This document shows positions 53,898 to 64,000 of a DNA stretch of 64,000 bases, in pieces. The notes beneath the pieces are model-generated. The model saw only the letters and a program-made list of their open reading frames with translations, had not been told where the DNA came from and searched no databases. The stretch lies in assembly GCF_026571515.1 (NCBI RefSeq), contig NW_026862677.1, positions 62,001-126,000 on the forward strand. The letters are read 5' to 3'. The translations under genes were made by a program, and so were the position numbers. Every line of letters begins with the position of its first letter. Within the stretch, counting starts at the first letter, position 1. This DNA is from Ruditapes philippinarum (taxonomy: Eukaryota).

Positions 53898-56800
53898 TCA
53901 ATCATCCAGATCTAGTTCAAGATCTTCTATTTCTTCAAGAATCATCTTCTTTTTGCCAATTTTCTCCAACTGTTCCTTCTCTGGGTTTTTTAGTTCACCA
54001 CTTTGAATTTTCTTTTCCAAATCCTCAATCTGTTTTAATTTCTTTCTAAGGTTTTTCAATTTCTTAGCTATTTCTTGCTTATCACTACTCTCCCCAGACT
54101 GTTTAGTAACTTGAGAATCTGATTGGTCAGTATTTTTAGACTTTGCACCTGATTGGTCCTTGTTTATATTAATTCCAGCCAATGACTGAGTGACATTTTG
54201 AATGGAAGTTCCTGATTGGTTACCATCTTGCTGTTGTTTCTTTTTCTCTTTTCTCTTGGCATTTTTCTTGGCAGCTTTCGACATTGGCTCACTGCTGTTG
54301 ACTTGTGTTTTTACACTTCCTTCACTAGAGTCTAATCCAGGTGGTAAAGAAGGTTTGCTCTTCAGCCACTGAACACCTTTGTTCTCATACCTAGAAAAGG
54401 AAATATAGGTATATAGATTAAACATAAATAGCTAATGAATGTGTAGTAAATGAGGATTATATGATTATAAAACCTTGCCTCAAGTGATTCTCTGTAAAAA
54501 TGGTAAATCAAACTTTAGAAAACAAATTTTACATAAAAAATGGGGAAAAATTATATCTTTTATTTTTAAAGTTCTTTATTTCTCTTTCAAGTTGAAGTAA
54601 TCAATTTCATAATAGCGACTGAACGTTTACATCAATTCCCCCAATTCATGATGACTTACCCTCATTTTTATTTTATTACCTGACCTTGGATCACTGCAAA
54701 TCACCTTGGCCTTACCCACAGGAAACTTAATTTCTGGCATAACTCTTCTTCCTCACTATGTTGAACATTAATATTTGTGCCAAGTAGTATAAAAATTCCT
54801 CAAGGCATACATGGAAAATTTTCACTAGGGGAAACGGGGAAAAAGTGTTTCCTCTGCCCTTTTTCGGGTAAAACCTTCCCTTTTAAAACCGGGTTCATGT
54901 GTAAAAACTATGTCTCTAATTGGTAAAACATTTAGGTTCTACAAATTTATCCTTTGCATCAGTGATTTAAAAAAAATTAAACTTAAAAATCTTCTTGGTA
55001 AATGCCTTGCATAATGTTACCCTCATGTCTTATGCGAAAATATTAATCAATTTTGTGATTGTGAACATTTAAATTTTCCTAAATAATCCATTGGTTCAGG
55101 ATTACATGTACAAATTGTCCAAACACAACAGTTACTGTCCAATTTCTATCTTATTTTTAACTATCTAGATGTATGTTTGACCTTGACCAAGGCCATAGGG
55201 ACTCTACTGTCAACATATATTTTCATAATTTCATCTGCCCTTTGACCTCTATTTGTGACCTTGGCCTAGCTTCATAACAAGAAAGATTCATAACAAGAAA
55301 GAATCCAAAGTCCCTTTGTAGGTTTTGAGGCAATTTTTGATGAGTGTTGAATGCAAGATGTTTTACACTTACACAGGCATTTCTTCCTGCGGAACATAGC
55401 CATCTTTAACTCTTCTTGGCTTCCTCCAAGTGCCATCTGGTCTTCTGGTTGCTGGTATAAACATCTCACCTGTAATGGTACGTTAATTAATGTGTAAAAT
55501 GCAATGATTGAATTAATTTTTGTAAATTTATCATTCTCAGACAAGTTTTTATTATAATAGGACAAAAAGTAAACTATCGGCACTTCACAGAGGCACTAAT
55601 CTAGCCATTTAATCTTCTAAATCTATAGCTTAAGGTCTTCAGCATACCCATTTTATGGTTAATATACTATGACACTATGACATGACGTGAAGGCTGAAGA
55701 CAGACCTGTAGCCTGGTGCGTCTGGAAAGTCCACCAATAAATGTGCCAGAAATTTGACATGCTCGTATTCATTAATCGAGCATGCCATGAAGTAAAGTGA
55801 AGCATACCTTGATGAAACTATATATAACAGGGTCAAAACACCATTTTTGGGAAAGGGGCCTCAGCCTTTTTCTTGGGGAAAATATGTGTGATTTTGGCAT
55901 AATTTGGGAAAAGGGGTATCAAATTTAACACAACCTTTTAACAAGTTCTTCAAAATAGAAAAGCAAAAAGCACTGGGAAATACTAATCAGTCAGTAAAAG
56001 ACCTTAATTTAACACCATCATTTAATTTTGTTCAAAATTCTGTGGGCACAGGAATTTTTTGACCATGTGATTACCAGATTGTTCTATAGTTACAGGTTAA
56101 TTTGTGCCAACTGTTCAGAAAACATAACCCATATGCTTCCAAATTTTCTATAAATTACTTTTTTTAAAGATATTGAAAAAGGTGACATACTGACTTTTGT
56201 ATTGAAAAATAAAAATGTTAAAAAACGGCATATAAAGTTTTGGAAGCCAGAACTACTAAATCTATAACACTATTGCCCTCGAATCTAGAATGCAAGTACT
56301 TTTATATGTAGTTTATGTAAAAATAATATTACAATGTACAGGAAATTGTTGGGAATGTGATATTTTATCTTATCTGCATTTACAGTTGTACCTATGTATA
56401 AGTGTATCCTTCTGTCCCAGGTTGTATGCATATTTCTTTTTTAAGTTGTTAAAATAACAAATAAAAAGACATTGTTTACTTTAACACACTACTCAATAAA
56501 GAAACTGTCCCATTCAAATTCAATGAAGTTTTATGGCACGGACACTAAAGAGGTGGCAGATTAATCATTTAATAACAAAAATCTAAGGGCATGTACAATG
56601 TATACAGATTACAGAGATTTTGTTATGGCTTATTTTATAACTGATATTCGGTCATATTCCCAATTGAAAATAGTATATTATTTTCCCAATCCACAAGAAA
56701 AAATCCCCAATTGAAAGTTACAAAATACAAATTTTGAATAAAAATTTCTAAAATCTTTGAAAATAAGGGCTTCTAAACTTTTATACTATTTTATAGTGTT

Positions 56801-57181
56801 TAAATGTGTCCTGCTTAGTGTAATCGATAACGATTTTGAAGCAGTATGATGTAGATGAATGTTTGAAGATGCCATGATACATTGATAGACCTACAGGCTA
56901 GACAGTGATTGTTTGAATTCATTTAATTTCTGCAAAATTTAAGCCATGCAATTTTCCCCTATTTTTAACAAAACATTGCTGAATTTCTCCAATCCATGGG
57001 TATTGGTCATGTTCCAAAAACCGGTTTAATATTTAAGAATAAAATGGACGAAGACGAATTGTGTGTGGTCCGAATCATTCTTATTTGATAACATGTTGAT
57101 AACAGTACTATATGTTTTCAAATATACACCTGTACTTTCATCTTGAACGACTCCTGTTCTTTCTACCATATTTGTTGCCAT
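53898..57181 (-). CDS. PYM1: Partner of Y14 and mago (WIBG), exon-junction-complex disassembly factor
   Basis: Exons 57181-57130 ([17 protein letters not shown]), 55469-55373 ([32 protein letters not shown]), 54390-53898 (VYENKG...[15 protein letters not shown]...[36 protein letters not shown]); Mago-binding motif and C-terminal coiled coil; GT-AG with compatible phases. Confidence 0.95.
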
Positions 57182-60100
57182 TGTAACGCTGATTTTTTCT
57201 TAAATTTTTATATCAGAAAAAATGAAAAATGTTTCGTTCTTTAATCCAAGGGAGGTAACCTTGCTTTACAGTATCTATCAATTACCCAAAACCCCAAGTG
57301 CAAATACCCTAATGTACTAGCACATACATGTAGCTATCTATGTCTCCGGTGTATAATGCCAGAGACTTATATTACAGATTGGAACTGCACAGTACAATTA
57401 TACAAGGTAGCTCAAATCTTCAGTGTGTGAATTTTTAAAAATTGCTTAGGTCTGTTATAAGTAAAAGGTTGTAAATTTTGCAAGTATAAAAAACTTGGAC
57501 ATTATCAGGTGATACACCTGATTATGTCTTCATACTAAAATATTTTAATATTATATTTTGCTTAAACAACTAATGGCCAATTTTTATGCATATCTGACCT
57601 GTATGTGCACACGGTGAAGTGTCTGGTTGGCTTTAATAAATGGGTGTCAATTATAGGATAAGTGCGATAAACAATTATCCAATTATAGTATTAGCGCGTT
57701 GAGTGCTACCGATAATCATGTGCACGTGTTATACGCGTATACTTGCTGTCTCATTTGTTTAGTAATACCACGGATTGTAATATAAATCCGTGGTAATACA
57801 AATCTTATTTTTTATATAGATCTATATTTTCATATATAGATCTTATTTACCAATCTTATTCACATACAGATATTATTTCATATAGATCTTGATGATTTTC
57901 TGAAAAATATATATAATATTTTCGTACAGATCTCATTCTTATACAGATCTTATTTTTCGTACAGATCTTATTTCTTATAAAGACCTATCAGAGGCGAACA
58001 CAGAACAAGGTTAGCGTGTGGGCTGACATGCGGGTGGCAGATTTTGACCAAAACAACAAAAACAAAAACAATGTGAAAAAGTATGTTTTGAAGATTGAGC
58101 CACGTGACCAAAATTATCAAGATGCCTCTTGTATAGACCCTTTCATTTAAGCGATAAGCGTCGAGGAAGAGTTACTTCCCTTACCGGATGTGACGTAACT
58201 GGTGGATTGTTCTTTACAAAACTGCGTGCGTAAATGCTGATCGTTTAATTATGATTATAACCTGAAAAATTTGACTCATGCGTACAAAAATTTCATATCA
58301 AGAAAATAAATAATAAAAAAAAGATTAAGATTAATTCTTGCTATGTGGTAACACAACGGAATTTCAAAGTGAATATATCTATTAGATTTTCTCTAATGAC
58401 AGGGCAAAAAGCTAGTTACTAAACCAAATTCTAATATTTTTAAACACCCATACACAGTAAAATTACCTTTAGCATTACTGAGACAAAGAAAAACAATAAT
58501 ATAAATCTATTTAATTTAAAAAAAATGTTAAAACATAAAGTAACAATTCTTTTGACTGTATACATGACTGTATACTATTTGTGTCGGCAAAAGGCACTCT
58601 CATAAAATCGTACATGACACCGATTGAATACGTAAACATGAATTACCAAATACGAATCATAAATATTTTGACACCTTACAAAAGTGACGTAATCTGATGT
58701 AATGTTATAACTCTAAGATATGCACCCAGGTGATTTATGATATCACAGCCAAGCGCCATTTGTATATACAACATATGTACCCTGTTAATTAACATACTAC
58801 GGCCCAGTGGCGCTTGTATATTTTTATTCATCTTTTTTATTAATATCTTATCCAATTTCACAAAATTTTGGCAATTTCAATATACCCATCATACAAGAGT
58901 AAGGATTAAAATCGTCATATCCCTCTGTTAATGTACTTTATCGTATTGGCAAATATCCGCCGTATCCCCTAATGATGTTATCCAAGGGCGACAACTTGAA
59001 TCCAATCTTAAATGAAAGGAAAAAAAAACAAGAAAAAAATACTTCACTTGCACAAATTACCTGATGCAAAAAATGTGATTATATATGGTGGAATTAATTG
59101 CTTTGATATAACAACTTTAAGCATCATCGGAATTGTGTTTTAACAGGCACGTTTATAAGTGCTGTATCTCTGGTTCCATGGCCCTTTTATTAGAAGTTGT
59201 TGACAATGAAACCAGTAAAATTGATAGTTCACCAAAAACGATAAAGTAATACCAAATAATATACTACTATAGTACATTCTTTAGTTTATAATTTGAGTCT
59301 TCACAGAGAAAAAATCAAATATCTTTCGGCTCAAAATAGGAGTCGTTACAAATACATAATATGTAAATTGTAATTAAAGCAGTGATACAGTACAGTATTG
59401 TGAATTTACAAGCATAATATAATTTTGAAGATAAATCAATGCTTATTAATTGATGTAGACCTATTTTATATATATTTTCTCTAATAAAATACAAGATTTA
59501 TCTGTATATGTTGAATTTCATTTTGCATTTTTACCTTATTTTCTGCATTTGCATAACAATCTTGAACAATATATTTTTTTACATTTAAAAAAATTATAAG
59601 AATGAGCCATTAAGTGTGAAATGGTCTTTCCGAATTACAACCTTTGTGCTTTTATATATCTACTGTAGACATTTTATCAATTCATTTTCTTTGAAATAGC
59701 TTTAAAGAAAGAATAGCAAAGTGGTGTTTACCTCGCTACAATGGAAAACCCCATTTCCGTATTTAGCCATGCCTTTCTGGCGTTAAAGTAGGATTTGGGT
59801 AAATAAGGTTACTCTTCATCTTTTGAAACAAAGAAAGGCTATTCATCCGGATATTGCGCGCATCACGACCGGCTGAAAGAAAATTCAAAATTAAAGGGAT
59901 CATTCAGGCTTTGAAATGATAAATTCATTCACAAATACATTAAAAACATTTATATTTAGCACTAAGTCTAGTGAAAATACCACAAGCGCTGACAGGAAAA
60001 GGAAAAGACCGGACAATGACAGGTTCAATTTTGACAGTTTTTCATGGTTTTCTTTCGTTTTCTTTCCCTTTGATTCGCATGTTTTTCCTGAAATATTCCT

Positions 60101-61224
60101 GTTAACGTGCAATAAGTGCTTTAGGAACTGGTTGAGTCCTATATAACTTCAATTTCTGTCTTAACCTTCATGAAGACGTAGAAATTTGGTGGGTCAAGTC
60201 AAAATGTAAAGAGATGGGGGGGGGGGGATTTTAGGTGTCCACCAGAAACATTATAGATCTTTAACATAAGTCTACTATGAAATTTGGTGCTACCTATGGC
60301 GCGGAAAGTTCTTATGAACTATGATTTGAGCATAACATGTTTAGTGTGCATGTAAACCAGATCTATCTTGCAGGTATTTTGTACTGTAAACAAAACAAAT
60401 AAATTGGTGGTGTTCAACCTATCGTCGGAGCACTCGGAATATCCCGAAAATCTCCGAACGTAAAGGGAGACCACTGCGCACGCGTCGGCGTTTGGAAAAT
60501 CCCGTCCGCCATTTTGTTAATCTCTAATCACAGTTGTTTAACGTTATTTTAATGTGCTTATTTATCAAAAAGGATATGTTAAAGTAACTTTTTATATTTA
60601 TAATCGTTACTATAGTTGTTATCAATGAAATGCATGTTTACTTTCTGATTTTGCACATCATTCTCTCACCGGAAGTGTTATTTAGCAGACGCTAGCAATA
60701 GTCTAAATTATGTAGACGCTCATTAAAATTTAGCTCAAAAGGATTTCAAAATGGCGGCGCCCAGTTAACTAAGGATTTTTTCACAGCTCATTAGGTATAG
60801 GATATATATTTTTTTGAAATTTTCATTTACTTTTAATTTGATTTCATTTGAATTGATACGCGTCATACATGTTATCTAAGAGCGCTACAGCCCTCGCGGG
60901 GCCTTCGGCCCCGCTCGGACTTTCCGCGTATGAATATGTTAACCGTAAGGGTCAGTACTGCTAAACACGAAGCAGAAGGATACTTCAGTTATTTGGGATT
61001 TGGTTTTAGGAACAGCTGAGTCAATCAGCTCGTTTGTAGGTCAAATTATTAATATGAAATAGGCAAAGCCTATGAACGGGGAAGTCGTTAAAAATTCCTT
61101 TCATTTTTTCCATTTTAAAGGTGTCGTTCAGCATAGATCTGCAGAGGATGCGATTTTGCGCCATTGGCGCTAAAAAAATGGGAATGGCGCAGAAAAATCG
61201 GCAGCAAAGGGCCAAGGTTGCATA

Positions 61225-63250
61225 CAGTACTGGACACGCGAAACCCGCAAAAGTCGCGTAATGCCGCGAGTGAAGTCTATGCCGCGACGGGACACTACGC
61301 GGTAAAACATCGCCGCATGCAAGTTCGCCGAATTTCATGGCGGTTCACGAAAAATCGCCGCGATGTATCACCGTAATTTACGGCGAATCTTCAGCAATAA
61401 TTGTATTAGAAAGTACTACTTAATCATTCCCGTGGTCTTTAATTTTGAAAACTTTAAAAAAATCTTGTAAATGTCATGTATATTTATAAATATTTAGCAT
61501 TTGAACATGTTCAGCATATACATTTTGTATACTTAAACAAAGCAATCAGGTGCTTGTGAAAATTAGTTAACAATAAAACGAGATTGAAATTACAAAAGGT
61601 AATTGGTACTACATGTACATCAAAGAACGCACGATAACAAATTGTCCAATTGTTATTTTGATAATAATACAAATGTAATTAAAATCCATTGTTTACTTTC
61701 GCACATATTCTATTTTAAGAACAATGCAAAGCGACATTTAGCACCGATTCACATGTGTAACTAATTATTACGTCTTACTCTAATACGCTAATTATGATTT
61801 TTGAAAATTGTAAAACATGCAATAAAACATTTCTGGTAGCAGCGGGGATTCTGTCATAAAATTGACTGAAAAAATAAATTTTTGGAAGCTGTGGTCCTTT
61901 CATATGCATTATTGTTTTGATAGCAGACACAAGTATTGCACAATATCTTCAAGATCATAAAAATGTAAATAAAATATCACAATCAAAATGCACTTACGAT
62001 TAATAATATGTCAATAATTGACACAATCAATATCCAACATTTCTTTTTACTTGAGCAATAATTAAACATGTGTAATCATTCCTAAAAAATGACAAAAAGA
62101 AATGACAGTTTTTTTCTGATATATAAAAATGAGGTGGAAGTCAATCGAGTGTCGGCATTTCTTCGATGATTCGGCAACAACTACAGGTGTGTAAACATCA
62201 AAGATTCACAGATTCTTCAGAAGAGCCGACCAGTCATTTGTCAGAGGTCATTTTGTGTGTAAATTTTGTATTTGTTGTTTAACAATGGAAACATTATATT
62301 CCTTTTATTTATGGATGCTTCTTTTTGCGCGAGTGTTTTTGTGTCTTTTAGCGCTATGGAATTTCTACAATCGGCGATAATTTTGGGTAACTAACAATTA
62401 AATATTTTAACATTTTTAAAACAGGGGTGCAAATATCCGCCATTCAGAAATTATAGGAGACAAATCTTGCGTGTGTTATTTTTTACAGACGTGTAATAAA
62501 TTGAGTAATGATCACCCGAGAGAACGAAATGTCCCGGTGATCCACTATAACTCTTCCAGGTCGTACGGGAATATTTATGCAGGATTAGTTTATCACATCG
62601 GTAATTTGACCATGCTTGAATTTATGTCTTATGTACTAACGTTTTCAATATGGGGATACATTTAGAAATGAACAAGTTAATGTTGTATCAAATATGTATC
62701 TTTTTATGTAACTAAATATCTTTTTACACATATTTATATCTCTACTTTAAACTCAATATGTATCCCCCCTAAAAAATATTTTTACACGAGTACATGTACA
62801 CTATTTACCTGCCGATGGAGCCGCATACTTGTACTGCGTCGCATTTATACATTGAGGTCATGATTCCGCCATTCACGGAAAGTTTTTAACAGTGTTATTT
62901 GATTTCGCCGTGGTTATTTATATTTGCTGTTGGCATCAAAGATAAATAGAGAAAGGGCATTTTAGCAAATTACAAGATTTTCTTGATACAACTTCATGTA
63001 GATCTACTAATTAATTTTCGTACTTGTACATGTATATCTGGTTTCAAGTTCACAGAGTACAATTATAAATAGATCTACATTTATTATACAAATGAACATG
63101 TATTATCCCCCGCGAATCACAGCAAATGTTCACGGCAAAATCGCCGCGAGTTGAATTCGCGGCAATTGTCTCAAATTGTCGCGAATTCGCTCGCGTTATA
63201 AAGCATGAGAGTCCTACGCGAATTGTGCGGGTTTCGCGTGTCCAGTACTG
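61225..63250. mobile_element. 2.0-kb non-autonomous TIR element with TA duplication (Tc1/mariner/pogo-type target) and CpG-rich subterminal regions
   Basis: TA|CAGTACTGGACACGCGAAACCCGCA ... TGCGGGTTTCGCGTGTCCAGTACTG|TA, 25-bp perfect TIR; AT-rich interior without a long ORF. Confidence 0.85.
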
Positions 63251-64000
63251 TATAAAATCTCTGCTAGACTTAAATGAAAACAAAACTGTCCGCTCGGTTA
63301 TTTAGTCATCCAGTCAAAACTGGTACCAAGAGCAGCACGTTACCCATTCCCCTGTAATTACGCATATTCTTGAGTTTATCCATTTCCCTATAGCTTTTGT
63401 TCACCTTATCTACTTACCGCATTTCTTCTCATAATCCCTTTCCCTCACAGATACTCATTTCTACTTCCGTAAATTTAATCCAATAATACAAACAAAAAAA
63501 ATTATACAACTACTTAAGATTTAAAATGATTATCGGTAACTGAAAAAAAGTGTTTCTATTTTTAGAAAAGCTGTAAGTTACAGTATAATCTGACAGGTGT
63601 ACAACTTGTTTCCCCTAAGGTCACTCAAGTTTACTCAAGCTTTGGCTGATGAAGTGTAAAAGAATATGTCTATTTCGTCATCAGAATATTTGACAGGGTG
63701 ATTAACCAATCAGGGAAACATTGTGCATGACTTTTTTCATGATCAAAAAGTCTGTCGGCAAGTGTCTTTGATGTATGCTTTCTACACAGAGGCATACAAG
63801 GAGTAATAAAATCCGTTAATAAACATTGTGACAGGGACATTTGGTGCAAAGTAGGAACAATTAAATGGATAATGCACAGTATTAGACATTAGAAAATATG
63901 TGGATAAATTATGCAAATCAGATTTTTGAGCAGCCATTTGCAAAAATGTTTTGCCTGCAATTAATATTAGTTAGAAAGTTACTGTCTAGGCATTTTTTTT

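Noticed and set aside
55272-55583. 103-aa ORF as a separate gene
   Set aside because: Off-frame read-through of PYM1 exon 2 and flanking intron.
60893-60917. GC-rich hairpin GCGGGGCC-TTC-GGCCCCGC as a terminator or structured RNA
   Set aside because: Eukaryotic context, no U-tract, lies among repeat-like sequence; probably a transposon-internal palindrome whose boundaries I could not define.
61021-61376. Overlapping ORFs of 105 and 70 aa
   Set aside because: They arise from GC-rich transposon termini; no recognisable domain.

Overview
AT-rich eukaryotic genomic DNA with spliced genes, most consistent with a heterodont bivalve mollusc (inferred from the gene families and repeat types). The housekeeping genes are: the first coding exon of a PS1/alpha3-6-7-type integrin alpha (-), head-to-head with a complete 5-exon BLOC1S1 (+); DNAJC28 (-, 5 coding exons, one GC-AG intron), head-to-head with a 2-exon MTG1 (+); and 3-exon PYM1/WIBG (-). 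Innate-immunity-type genes sit among them. One is an intact cGAS-like receptor (Mab-21 nucleotidyltransferase + C-terminal TPR-like region) nested antisense in a 10-kb DNAJC28 intron, with ISRE/ETS-like motifs upstream and dsRNA-forming structures around it. The others are two tandem single-coding-exon RING-less B-box/coiled-coil/beta-propeller (TRIM-like) paralogs. The rest is a dense mix of mobile DNA: a decayed CR1/L2-type LINE with a 2A-like NPGP remnant, Helentron-associated elements carrying 145-165 bp satellite arrays, tRNA-derived SINEs, and many MITEs with TTAA, TA, 6-, 8- and 9-bp target duplications, including one with RSS-like CACAGTG ends. A recurrent AGTTAYNTCCCTT motif sits near the start of most genes. 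All calls come from reading the sequence and recalling family motifs; no searches were run.
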